Positions 10,709 to 19,951 of a stretch of DNA of 64,000 nt are shown here, piece after piece. A program made the position numbers and the translations under genes. This DNA is from Candidatus Cloacimonadales bacterium (GTDB lineage: Bacteria > Cloacimonadota > Cloacimonadia > Cloacimonadales > JAIOQZ01). Under the pieces are notes generated by a model. It was not told where the DNA came from and did not search any database. It was given only the letters and a program-made list of their open reading frames with translations. Position 1 is the first letter of the stretch. Every line of letters begins with the position of its first letter. The stretch spans positions 3,136,001 to 3,200,000 of the forward strand of contig OY762463.1 of the NCBI GenBank assembly GCA_963665815.1, in the 5' to 3' direction.

Positions 10709-11053
10709 TTCAATTCATAAAAAAATAAATGAGAAATTTGTATAAAGTTTCGATGAGATTTTAGAAATCATTGAGAAAGTCTTTCAGTAAGCTCATTTTG
10801 AGTCATTATTTGATAAATTCTAAAATCGAGTCAACTATTCCAATTATGCAAAGATTTCTAAATGATTAAGAGCTTTGCATTATAGCAGGATATTCAGATT
10901 TGGCTCTATTTTTCGATGAAATTGTAAAATTCATCAAGACAGTCTTTCAAAGACTTATATTTTGATCCGAATCAGGATAAATTTTGAAATGTATCAGAAT
11001 AAACCAATTACGCAGATGTCTCTGATTGAATTAGAGATAAATATGAGGTATTA

Positions 11054-11884
11054 ATGGAAAATGCACTTGTAGAAGTGGAATATAGAAACGGAAGAATCGG
11101 TTATTTTACTAATGCTGATTCGCTGAATATTGAACCTGATTCCTGGGTTATTGTCCAGGTTGACAGAGGTGTTGACATTGCACGTGTTATTAACACACAA
11201 GTGGAAGCAGAGAGCATTGTCGATAAAATAGATACTACTGATTTGCTTAAAGTAGTTCGCAGTCTTACTGAAGAAGACGATCAGAAGCTAATTGAGCTTG
11301 AAGAAAAAGAAGATGAAGCACACAGAAAATTTATGGAACTTGTTGTGAAATATCCATTTGATATGAAGCTTATAAAAACAAATTATCAGTTTGATCTTAA
11401 CAAACTTACTTTCTTCTTTACTGCAGATGGCAGAGTTGATTTCAGAGAGTTTGTAAGAGAGCTCGCTTCTAACTTCAGAACCAGAATAGAACTGCACCAG
11501 ACAACCGGTAGAGATGTTGCCAAGCAGCTTGGTGGTATTGGGATGTGTGGAAAGAACTATTGCTGTGCTACTTTTCTCAGACAATTCAGTCAGATTACTA
11601 TCAAAATGGCTAAAGATCAGAACCTTTCAGGCAATTTGTCAAAGATTTCAGGACCTTGCGGAAGACTGCTCTGTTGCCTGCACTACGAAGAAAACTATTA
11701 TATGGAGATATCCAGAGATTTTCCTGAAGTTGGTGAAGAAATATTTTACAATGATATGAAAATGTACGTATATAAGAATGATTTCTATAACAAGAAAGTT
11801 CATCTTACTTCAGAAGACCAGGTCTCAGAAGTTATTGATCTTAAACAGTATCATAAATTAAGCAAAAGAAGATTTAACAAGTGA
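11054..11884 (+). CDS. ricT: PSP1 domain / RicT (YaaT) Fe-S regulatory protein
   Basis: FTADGRVDFRE, GGIGMCG..CC, KISGPCGRLLCCL. Confidence 0.9.
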   Translation: MENALVEVEYRNGRIGYFTNADSLNIEPDSWVIVQVDRGVDIARVINTQVEAESIVDKIDTTDLLKVVRSLTEEDDQKLIELEEKEDEAHRKFMELVVKYPFDMKLIKTNYQFDLNKLTFFFTADGRVDFREFVRELASNFRTRIELHQTTGRDVAKQLGGIGMCGKNYCCATFLRQFSQITIKMAKDQNLSGNLSKISGPCGRLLCCLHYEENYYMEISRDFPEVGEEIFYNDMKMYVYKNDFYNKKVHLTSEDQVSEVIDLKQYHKLSKRRFNK

Positions 11885-12918
11885 AACATGTATTAGGTTT
11901 ACTACCTGAAGAAATAGAAGCCGATTTTCTTGAGCTGGGTGAAAAGAAATTCAGGGCAAAGCAGTTTACAAGATGGATTTTCAGGAACAGGATACTTGAG
12001 CTGGATAAAATGACAAACCTGTCTCCAAAACTGTATCCCGGATTAGACAGAGTTTTCGATCTCGAATTACCTGAGATTAAGAAGATAAGCCGTTCTGAGG
12101 ATGGTTCGAGGAAATATGCTCTTGCATTGAAAGATAAGCTTGTTATTGAGATGGTTATCATGCCTTCGGAAGAGAAAACGACATTATGTATCTCGTCACA
12201 GGTTGGATGTAAAAGAGCATGTAGTTTTTGTGCTACAGCAGCTATGAGGCTGAAACGTAATCTCGAAGTACATGAGATTATTGCACAGGTTTTTATAGCA
12301 TTGAATGAGCTGAAAGAAAATGAGAGATTAACTAATATTGTCTTTATGGGAATGGGGGAACCTCTCGATAACTTCAAAAATGTGATGAAATCTGTTGAAA
12401 TTCTCAGAAATGAAAGCTGTTTTCAGTTTAGCCCAAGAAGAATTACAATATCTACCTGCGGAGTAATTCCCGGAATTCGAGAACTGATAAATTCGAAAGT
12501 GAAAGTGAAGCTTGCAGTTTCTCTGAACTCAGCAATTGATGAAAAGAGAACAGAGTTAATGCCGGTCAATAAACTGTATCCTCTGGATGATCTGAAGAAA
12601 GTGCTTATTGACTATACAAAAAACTCAAAATTCAGAATAACGTTTGAGTATATTCTGATAAAGAATAAAAACATGGAACCCGAAGATATTAAAGCTTTGA
12701 AGAAATATACCGGTGATATTTCATGCAAAATTAACCTTATACCATGGAACAGTGTAAGTTCCAAAAGAGACTATATGGCACCTGCTCCGGCAGACGTTGA
12801 TAATTTTGCTGCTGAACTGAAAGTTTTAAGTGCTGCAATTACAGTAAGACAAAGTAAAGGTCAGGATATTGCGGCAGCTTGCGGACAGCTGGCAGCCAAG
12901 ACAAAAAATATGAGGTAG
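11881..12918 (+). CDS. rlmN: Dual-specificity RNA methyltransferase RlmN (radical SAM)
   Basis: CISSQVGCKRACSFCAT, MGMGEP, DIAAACGQL. Confidence 0.95.
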   Translation: MKHVLGLLPEEIEADFLELGEKKFRAKQFTRWIFRNRILELDKMTNLSPKLYPGLDRVFDLELPEIKKISRSEDGSRKYALALKDKLVIEMVIMPSEEKTTLCISSQVGCKRACSFCATAAMRLKRNLEVHEIIAQVFIALNELKENERLTNIVFMGMGEPLDNFKNVMKSVEILRNESCFQFSPRRITISTCGVIPGIRELINSKVKVKLAVSLNSAIDEKRTELMPVNKLYPLDDLKKVLIDYTKNSKFRITFEYILIKNKNMEPEDIKALKKYTGDISCKINLIPWNSVSSKRDYMAPAPADVDNFAAELKVLSAAITVRQSKGQDIAAACGQLAAKTKNMR

Positions 12919-12920
12919 CA

Positions 12921-13703
12921 ATGAAACATATTAAAGATCTTGCAATTGATTTGTTTGATATTGGTCATGAAAAACCATGTCAATGTGGTGGAGAGCATGA
13001 AATCTGCCTTTCCTGTAAAGTATGCAGAAAGGATGAAGAGGATAAACTGGCAACGGATTTTGAGAATCTTGCACAGTACATTGATCATACTATTTTAAAA
13101 GCAGATGCATCTGTTAATGATGTAAAGAAAATATGTAATGAAGCGGAAACATTTAACTTTGCTTCAGTATGTGTTAATCCAGCTTTTATTAAACTTGCAT
13201 CATACCAATTGAATACAGTTCCGGCTTGTTCGGTTATTGGTTTTCCACTTGGTGCTAACAGGACTGAGACCAAGGTTTTTGAGACACTGAGAGCTATCGA
13301 AGACGGAGCAGATGAAATTGATATGGTAATGAGTATAGGTCAGATGATAACAAAACATTACAGCGATGTTTTCAATGATATTAAAGCAGTTGCAGATATG
13401 TGCCGTTCAAGAAAGAAGCTTCTCAAAGTGATAATTGAAACTTGTTATTTAAGTACTACAGGTAAAATTGTTGGATGTCTGTTAGCTAAAAAAGCCGGTG
13501 CAGAATTTGTTAAAACTTCAACCGGATTTGGAAGTGGTGGAGCAACTGTGGAAGACATCGAACTTATGAGAGCTACAGTAGGACCGAAACTTGGTGTTAA
13601 AGCTTCAGGTGGTATAAGAGATAAAGAAACAGCAATAAATATGCTTAAAGCCGGAGCAAACAGAATCGGTGCAAGCCAGAGTATATATATAGTATCAACT
13701 TAA
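12921..13703 (+). CDS. deoC: Deoxyribose-phosphate aldolase with Cys-rich N-terminal extension
   Basis: IDHTILK, VIGFPLG, GADEIDMV, KVIIET, VKTSTGF, VKASGGIR; SD GAGGT before ATG 12921. Confidence 0.93.
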   Translation: MKHIKDLAIDLFDIGHEKPCQCGGEHEICLSCKVCRKDEEDKLATDFENLAQYIDHTILKADASVNDVKKICNEAETFNFASVCVNPAFIKLASYQLNTVPACSVIGFPLGANRTETKVFETLRAIEDGADEIDMVMSIGQMITKHYSDVFNDIKAVADMCRSRKKLLKVIIETCYLSTTGKIVGCLLAKKAGAEFVKTSTGFGSGGATVEDIELMRATVGPKLGVKASGGIRDKETAINMLKAGANRIGASQSIYIVST

Positions 13704-13717
13704 AGTCAGGGAGCAAA

Positions 13718-15100
13718 ATGGATATTAAATTAGCCGGATATAATATTGATACAAGTTTAATAAAAGATATAAAAAATCAGGCTGCTGCAACACCGGAAAC
13801 AATTTCGGCAGCTTATGCAAGAATCAGTCGTTCATCTCTCAGTGTGACCGAATTACGTGAAAATTCAATTGCTGAAGTTGAGAATGCCAGAAAGTCCAAT
13901 GATAACATTATCTTCGAGATGGGACATTCATCTGTTGCGGAACATGCTGTGTTTAATTTTGATCTGATTGGTGTCTCCAGATATCTGTCCGAGATTATAC
14001 AGAAAAGCAGGTTAGCCTCATTCACAGAGAAGTCTCAGAGATATGTTACTCTTTCCAATGATTATGTTATTCCTGAAGAGATCGAAAACTCTGTACTGAA
14101 AGAAGAATATACATCAATGGTTGAAAAACAGTTTAACTTTTACCGAAAACTTTATGATGCAGCAAAATCCATGCTGGTTGTTGATGATTTCGGTGGTTCT
14201 AAAAAGCTGATGTATAACAGAGCAAAGGAAGATGCTCGTTATGTACTTCCTCTGGCAATGGAAAGCCAGATGGGAATGACTATCAGTGCCAGGAATCTGG
14301 AAAGACTGTTAAGAAGGCTTGACTGCTGCGATTTAACAGAAGCATCTGTTTTAAAAGAAAAGATAGAGTCTCTCGTTAAACACATCGCTCCATCATTAAT
14401 AAAATACACTACTAAAGAAGATTACTATATGAACTGCCTTGATATGTCGGATATTACTCAGACACAGTCCAATTTCCAGCAGGTTCATCTCACGGATTAT
14501 ACTGAAGATGCCGATTTGAAGATACTTGCATCATTAATCTTTGAGGAGACAGGTGGTAGTTACCTAAAAATACTTGAGAATTTAAAGGGAATGGCAAAGA
14601 AAAAGATTGGGAATATGTACAACAGTATTTTCTGCGGTATGAAAGCATATCATAATCCACCAAAGGCCTTCGAAATGGCTGAATTCTCATTTCAAATGCA
14701 CATGTCTTCAAGTTGTTTTGCTCAATTGAAGCGACATCGAATGCTCAGTTTAATATATTGTAGGAACAGAAGAAACTTTGTTATGCCGGAATTACTGATT
14801 ATGACCGGATTAGGAATGGAAATAGACTCTATTCATCTGGAAACATTGAAGCTTTATGATAAAATGGAAGAAATTAAAAAAGGTCTCGGAGACTACATTC
14901 TGATGAATGGTCATGGTGTAGATGTTATTCTTAAAGCAAACCTCAGAGAGCTCTATCATGTTTCTCGACTCAGATCAGATTCACATGCTCAATGGGAAAT
15001 ACGAGAGTTGTCTCTTATAATGGATCAGATTATTATGCGATGTGCTCCTTTTGCCGCAAAATATATTATGGGTAAGGATCAGTTTCAGGAGAATGTGTGA
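13718..15100 (+). CDS. thyX: FAD-dependent thymidylate synthase, tandem two-domain form
   Basis: GHSSVAEH, SFTEKSQRY, EDARYVLP, second domain QLKRHR and HAQWEIR. Confidence 0.88.
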   Translation: MDIKLAGYNIDTSLIKDIKNQAAATPETISAAYARISRSSLSVTELRENSIAEVENARKSNDNIIFEMGHSSVAEHAVFNFDLIGVSRYLSEIIQKSRLASFTEKSQRYVTLSNDYVIPEEIENSVLKEEYTSMVEKQFNFYRKLYDAAKSMLVVDDFGGSKKLMYNRAKEDARYVLPLAMESQMGMTISARNLERLLRRLDCCDLTEASVLKEKIESLVKHIAPSLIKYTTKEDYYMNCLDMSDITQTQSNFQQVHLTDYTEDADLKILASLIFEETGGSYLKILENLKGMAKKKIGNMYNSIFCGMKAYHNPPKAFEMAEFSFQMHMSSSCFAQLKRHRMLSLIYCRNRRNFVMPELLIMTGLGMEIDSIHLETLKLYDKMEEIKKGLGDYILMNGHGVDVILKANLRELYHVSRLRSDSHAQWEIRELSLIMDQIIMRCAPFAAKYIMGKDQFQENV

Positions 15101-15439
15101 ATTAACTTGTAAAAGTGATATCTTGAGATTGTGACTGACAGGAATATGGATTTTTAGTATTTGATACAATGTATTATTTTATTTGTGATGTAAATATTAT
15201 TATATCAAATATTCACAAATTTTTACATGTGCATTAACAATATACTGATATCAAAAGAATTGAATAGTATTTTTGTCCACTCAGTGTCAGCTTGATTGTT
15301 ACTTTAATACAACAAATTAATTGACGAATAAATTGTGATTATAATTTTGAAGTTTAATTATTCTATACCATTTTGAGAATAATATTGAGACTAACTACTG
15401 AAACATTTATATGAGAGTGTAAATGTTAAAGAGGTTTAA

Positions 15440-16624
15440 ATGTATATTTTGATTATAGCTACTATTGGGTTACTTGTCTTTTGGTTAGTCGAGTATATGA
15501 GGCACTCTAAGAACGTTGCCAGTATCCCTCACAGGATACATGTTAACGGCACACGAGGAAAGTCATCTGTTACTCGTCTGATCGGTGCCGGACTCAGAGC
15601 CGGGGGAGTAAAAACCCTTGCAAAGACTACCGGAACCATGCCTCGTCTAATTATGGAAGACGGGACAGAAGCATCCATTGAAAGGCTGTTCGGAGCAAAT
15701 ATTATTGAACAGAAATATGTGTTCCGTTATGCAGGTAAGCATAAGCCTGATGCAATGGTTATTGAGTGTATGGCGGTTAATCCACTTTATCAATGGATTA
15801 CCGAGAGACGTTTTGTAAAATCGACAATTTCTGTTATCACAAATGCCAGAATGGACCATATTGACTTAATGGGAAATACTCTTGACAGTATTACCAAATG
15901 TCTATGCAACACAATACCTAAGAATGGAGTATGTCTTACTTCCGAAGATAAGCAATTTGGAGTAATGAAGGAAGTTGCAGATAAAAGAGGTACTGAAATC
16001 GTTTGTGTAAAACCGGATAGTATTACTCTTGAGGATCTGGACGGATTCTCATATATTGAGCATGCCGATAATATTGCTCTTGCTCTGGAAGTCTGTAGAA
16101 GACTGGGTGTAGACAGAAAAACAGCATTAAAAGGTATGCAGGGAGCAAATCCTGATCCGGGAGCACTGAAAAAATATCGAGTGGAAGATAAGGGTAAAGT
16201 AATTGAGTTTTACAATGTTTTTGCTGCAAATGATCCGAATTCAACTCACATGATTTATGAATTGATAGCCGGAAGGCTTGATAATCAGCAGAAAATGATT
16301 ATGTTGAATACCAGAAGCGACAGATTTTTCCGATCTGAACAGCTTGCTGAAGTATGTGCAGACCTTGATTTTGATTATCTGATTCTGACGGGTGAAAGAA
16401 CCGGACAATTAAAACAATTTGCAATTGGTCTTGGAATTCCTGCGGCTAAAATAATTGAACTGCCAAACCATATGGCAGCAGAAAAAGTTTATAACAAAGT
16501 ACTTGAGATTACCAAAAAAGAATCGCATATTGTTGGGATAGGTAATATTGCAGGTAAAATTAAATATGGAGCACAGATAGTGAAATATTTCAAAGTCAAA
16601 TCAGAAGGGGGAGCTCGTGGTTGA
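15440..16624 (+). CDS. pgsB: Poly-gamma-glutamate synthase PgsB/CapB (Mur-ligase-like)
   Basis: RIHVNGTRGKSSVTRLI, AKTTGT, IECMA, NARMDH, PDPGAL, FAANDP, GIGNI. Confidence 0.93.
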   Translation: MYILIIATIGLLVFWLVEYMRHSKNVASIPHRIHVNGTRGKSSVTRLIGAGLRAGGVKTLAKTTGTMPRLIMEDGTEASIERLFGANIIEQKYVFRYAGKHKPDAMVIECMAVNPLYQWITERRFVKSTISVITNARMDHIDLMGNTLDSITKCLCNTIPKNGVCLTSEDKQFGVMKEVADKRGTEIVCVKPDSITLEDLDGFSYIEHADNIALALEVCRRLGVDRKTALKGMQGANPDPGALKKYRVEDKGKVIEFYNVFAANDPNSTHMIYELIAGRLDNQQKMIMLNTRSDRFFRSEQLAEVCADLDFDYLILTGERTGQLKQFAIGLGIPAAKIIELPNHMAAEKVYNKVLEITKKESHIVGIGNIAGKIKYGAQIVKYFKVKSEGGARG

Positions 16625-17069
16625 AGAAGTAGTTAAAGCGGCCGTCGGGTTGGGTGTTGTTACCAGCCTGGTATTTACAGAACTTCTCGGTGCATCTGCC
16701 GGAGGGATTATTGTTCCCGGTTATATTGCATTGCAATTGGACAGGCCTTTTAATATTGCAGGAACACTTGCTGTTAGTCTTGTTACCCTGCTTGTAATAA
16801 AGATCATTTCTCAGTTTACACTGGTTTACGGAAAACGAAGAATGGTTCTCTGCATTCTGATTGGATTCATTCTTGGCTGGGCTTCAAAACCATTGTTTAA
16901 TCATATTACTATTGGTGATATCGAAATGCAGTCTATCGGGTTTATTATTCCGGGACTCATAGCAAACTGGATGGAAAGACAAGGCGTCTGGAAAACAGTG
17001 TCTGTTATGCTTCTCGCAGCAGTAATTGTAAGACTTCTTCTTATAATAATCTTCCCGGGGAGGTTCTAA
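16617..17069 (+). CDS. pgsC: Poly-gamma-glutamate biosynthesis protein PgsC/CapC
   Basis: AGGIIVPGYIAL, YGKRR, IGFIIPGLIANWMERQG; overlaps pgsB. Confidence 0.93.
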   Translation: MVEEVVKAAVGLGVVTSLVFTELLGASAGGIIVPGYIALQLDRPFNIAGTLAVSLVTLLVIKIISQFTLVYGKRRMVLCILIGFILGWASKPLFNHITIGDIEMQSIGFIIPGLIANWMERQGVWKTVSVMLLAAVIVRLLLIIIFPGRF

Positions 17070-18197
17070 ATGTTCAGACCATCATTAAGAAAACTAAGTA
17101 CATTAATTTTCCTCGGTGTTCTGGCTGTTATACTTTTTTATGTTACTCAGGGAAGTTTCAGAACAGTTAAAGACGAACAGAAAGTAAAGGCAGCTAAGCT
17201 TATGGAAGAGTGTATGGACATTCTCAAGAGTGAAGCAATGGAAAAAGGTTATGAAATTGATCCAGCCAATGACCCTAATGCAACAGGTTTGATTGGTGTA
17301 AATAGAAGAGAATCTAAAATCACTACAAGTTATGGTGTGCTTTCAAGAAGGCTTACTGCTCTTAACCCTAATCTCAGTGCTGTTGCTGTTGATCTTCTCA
17401 GATTGATAGACATTGCAGAAGGAGATTATGTTGCAGTTGGTCTTACCGGTGCTAATCCCGGTGCAAACCTGGCAGTATATTCTGCAATTCAAACCCTGGG
17501 ATTAAAACCTGTTGTAGTAACATCTGTTGGTTCTGCCGAATTCGGAGCAAACAGAGAAGATTTCACCTGGCTTGATATGGAATCAATACTATTTAATAAA
17601 AATAAAATTAATTTTAAGTCTGACTTTGCATCACTTGGTGGAAATAAGGACCGTGGCGGTGGACTTGGTAAAAACGGAAGAGAGCTTCTCGAAGAAGCAA
17701 TAGTAAGAAACTCGCTTGAACCTGATTTTTTCAAAATGAAAAAATTCGATACTGCTGAAATGATTGCCAAAAGATTTGATGCATATAATTCCAAACTTCC
17801 TGCTGACAAGAAATTCAAGGCTTTTATCAATATTGGTAGTGGATATGCAAATATTGGTGATCTTCAAAATAATAAAAGCTTAACAGAAGGTGTTAACGAG
17901 AAGATAGCTGAACTTGATTTTGCTAATCCCGGTGTTATGATGAGATTTGCCGAATGGGTTCCTGTTATTCATATTGATAATGTAGTTAAACTTGCTGAAA
18001 AATATAGTCTTCCTATAGATCCAGAGCCTGTTCCTGAAGTAGGAGAAGGTAAGGTTTTCGAATCAAGACAGAGAAATGTTATTGTAGCAGTGATTAGTTT
18101 ACTGGTAATTCTGATAGCAATATCTATAGCAATATATTTTGATAGAAAAGACAGGCATTTCACAGAAAACATTGTGGATCCTGATAATGATTTATAA
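17070..18197 (+). CDS. pgsW: Poly-gamma-glutamate system protein (PgsW-like)
   Basis: DPNATGLIG..ITT, NPN, GANPGANLA, SVGSAEFGAN..FTWLDME, ASLGG..D, FINIG; N- and C-terminal TM; adjacent to pgsBC. Confidence 0.85.
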   Translation: MFRPSLRKLSTLIFLGVLAVILFYVTQGSFRTVKDEQKVKAAKLMEECMDILKSEAMEKGYEIDPANDPNATGLIGVNRRESKITTSYGVLSRRLTALNPNLSAVAVDLLRLIDIAEGDYVAVGLTGANPGANLAVYSAIQTLGLKPVVVTSVGSAEFGANREDFTWLDMESILFNKNKINFKSDFASLGGNKDRGGGLGKNGRELLEEAIVRNSLEPDFFKMKKFDTAEMIAKRFDAYNSKLPADKKFKAFINIGSGYANIGDLQNNKSLTEGVNEKIAELDFANPGVMMRFAEWVPVIHIDNVVKLAEKYSLPIDPEPVPEVGEGKVFESRQRNVIVAVISLLVILIAISIAIYFDRKDRHFTENIVDPDNDL

Positions 18198-18199
18198 TA

Positions 18200-18245
18200 A
18201 AAAGCAATGTTTTGCTTTACAGGGGAAACATCAAATGTTTCCCTT
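18200..18245 (+). other. Two adjacent stem-loops between pgsW and the barrel gene (weak terminator or mRNA stabiliser)
   Basis: AAAGCAA-tgtt-TTGCTTT and AGGGGAAACA-tcaaa-TGTTTCCCTT; no long U tract. Confidence 0.4.
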
Positions 18246-18270
18246 GATTATTATCTGATTTGGAGATGAC

Positions 18271-19290
18271 ATGAATAAATTATACGTAATTCTTATACTT
18301 GTGGGGCTTGTGTTTAATTTGAGTGCAGGCTGGGAACTGAGTGGAAGCCTTGAAACTACATATTCCAATAATGCATTCAATCTTTCAGACAAGGATCTGG
18401 AAAGTCATGAAGATGGTGACGAAGATCTCAGTTTTGTTGATACCAGCGATGATATGATGCTTAAACCATCAATTGATGTGAAATATAAGTTTGAACTTGG
18501 CAAAAGAAAACATTTGAGACTTAGTTCCAAGCTTAATTATATTGCTTACACTAATAATACAGACAAGAGTAAATACAGCTCTTTGTCTTATGTAGAATAC
18601 AGAAATGATAAACTGACACTTAAGGGTATATATGCTTTTTATGCTGATAACTATTCCAGACAGTATAAAGACAGGGATGGAACTGATGAATATGAAGAAT
18701 TTGCTTATGATAAAGATCAGTTCAAACTTTCTGCAAAATACAGGATTTTCAAAAAAGACTGGGTTGATGTTTACGGAAGTTACGAAATGTACCGTCATAA
18801 TAAGTATTGGGTAGAGCAGGACGGTGATGCAATGGAGATAGGTGTGGGTTGGAAACACTCATTTAAGACATTCTATCTTGACGGCGGATACGCCTATAGA
18901 AAATTTGATTGCGATAATGGTATCAGTGACTCATCACTTGATTCTTATTATACAGATACGACATACGAAAGCAATATCTTTAATGTCGGTTTGAAAAACA
19001 AAAAAGTCCGCATCATGAAGAAAAAGTATATCAGACCTTTCATTAAGTATAAGGTTGAATACAGATATTATCAATCTGATAATGTTCTTGACGATATCCA
19101 TGCCGGACGTGATGATGTTAAAAATGATTTCCGTTTGGGATCAGATTTGATTCTGTCAGATAACTGGATGATTGTATTTACATACAGACACCAATACCGA
19201 AAAGTAAAAAGTTCAGTAAATTCTGGTTTATCTGATTCAAAAAATTATCTTACAGATGAGTTCTCTCTTGAACTCCAATATGAATTTTAG
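18271..19290 (+). CDS. Outer-membrane beta-barrel protein, unknown function
   Basis: Signal peptide (NLSA/G), alternating aromatic strands, C-terminal FSLELQYEF beta-signal. Confidence 0.8.
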   Translation: MNKLYVILILVGLVFNLSAGWELSGSLETTYSNNAFNLSDKDLESHEDGDEDLSFVDTSDDMMLKPSIDVKYKFELGKRKHLRLSSKLNYIAYTNNTDKSKYSSLSYVEYRNDKLTLKGIYAFYADNYSRQYKDRDGTDEYEEFAYDKDQFKLSAKYRIFKKDWVDVYGSYEMYRHNKYWVEQDGDAMEIGVGWKHSFKTFYLDGGYAYRKFDCDNGISDSSLDSYYTDTTYESNIFNVGLKNKKVRIMKKKYIRPFIKYKVEYRYYQSDNVLDDIHAGRDDVKNDFRLGSDLILSDNWMIVFTYRHQYRKVKSSVNSGLSDSKNYLTDEFSLELQYEF

Positions 19291-19306
19291 ATAATAAGAG
19301 GTTTGT

Positions 19307-19618
19307 ATGATGAAATTCGAAAAGGATCGTGACAAGATCCGGGAATTTTTCGATTTACTTGAAGATGAACATTATGAATTAAGAAAATTCAGCCACCCTG
19401 TGCTTGTATATAAATCAGATGAAGACAATGTTTATTATTCTCTCTGGGAAGAATCTCTGCTTCAGAGGTTCGGTATAAAGAACGTTGACGGATGGGATTA
19501 CAAACATGATATCATGTTTTGTCCTGACTGGGTAACCGGTGAGGATGAGGATGATTATGATGATGATGATGACGATCTCGATTTATCTTCATTAAAAAAA
19601 TATATGACAGATGAATAG
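19307..19618 (+). CDS. Hypothetical protein with acidic C-terminal tract
   Basis: SD GAGG, 103 aa, EDEDDYDDDDDD. Confidence 0.7.
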   Translation: MMKFEKDRDKIREFFDLLEDEHYELRKFSHPVLVYKSDEDNVYYSLWEESLLQRFGIKNVDGWDYKHDIMFCPDWVTGEDEDDYDDDDDDLDLSSLKKYMTDE

Positions 19619-19672
19619 GGGTTGACAATTTTATAAAGCTGAGATTTCTTACACTTTTATAAGAAATTTTAT

Positions 19673-19935
19673 AGTGTGCTAGGTGGGGAGCTAGCGGTGC
19701 CCTGTACCCTCAATCCGCTATAGAGGGACTGAATTCCCGCACTAGAATGCTGATTTTTGATCACTTTACAGAAAGTGGTGTTGAGAATCAAGCCCAGCGC
19801 AATTACGTGCTGTGAACCATGTCAGGTCCGGAAGGAAGCAGCATTAAGCAGACTTCGTGATGTGCCGTTGGTCCACTTGATTTGAGCTAACTACTGTTTT
19901 GAGGTCCGAATAAGTATCAACTGCGGGTGCACACT
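19673..19935 (+). ncRNA. ffs: Signal recognition particle RNA, large bacterial type with Alu domain
   Basis: Helix 8 signature GTCAGGTCCGGAAGGAAGCAGC; 5' Alu-like GGGGAGCTAGCGGTGCCCTGTACCC..AATCCGCTA; terminal AGTGTGC/GCACACT pairing; ~263 nt; TTGACA at 19622. Confidence 0.92.
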
Positions 19936-19951
19936 TTATTCTGGAGAAATT

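Noticed and set aside
15101-15439. ncRNA or small gene upstream of pgsB
   Set aside because: Very AT-rich with promoter-like TTGACG/TATAAT pieces at non-canonical spacing; no stable structure or ORF
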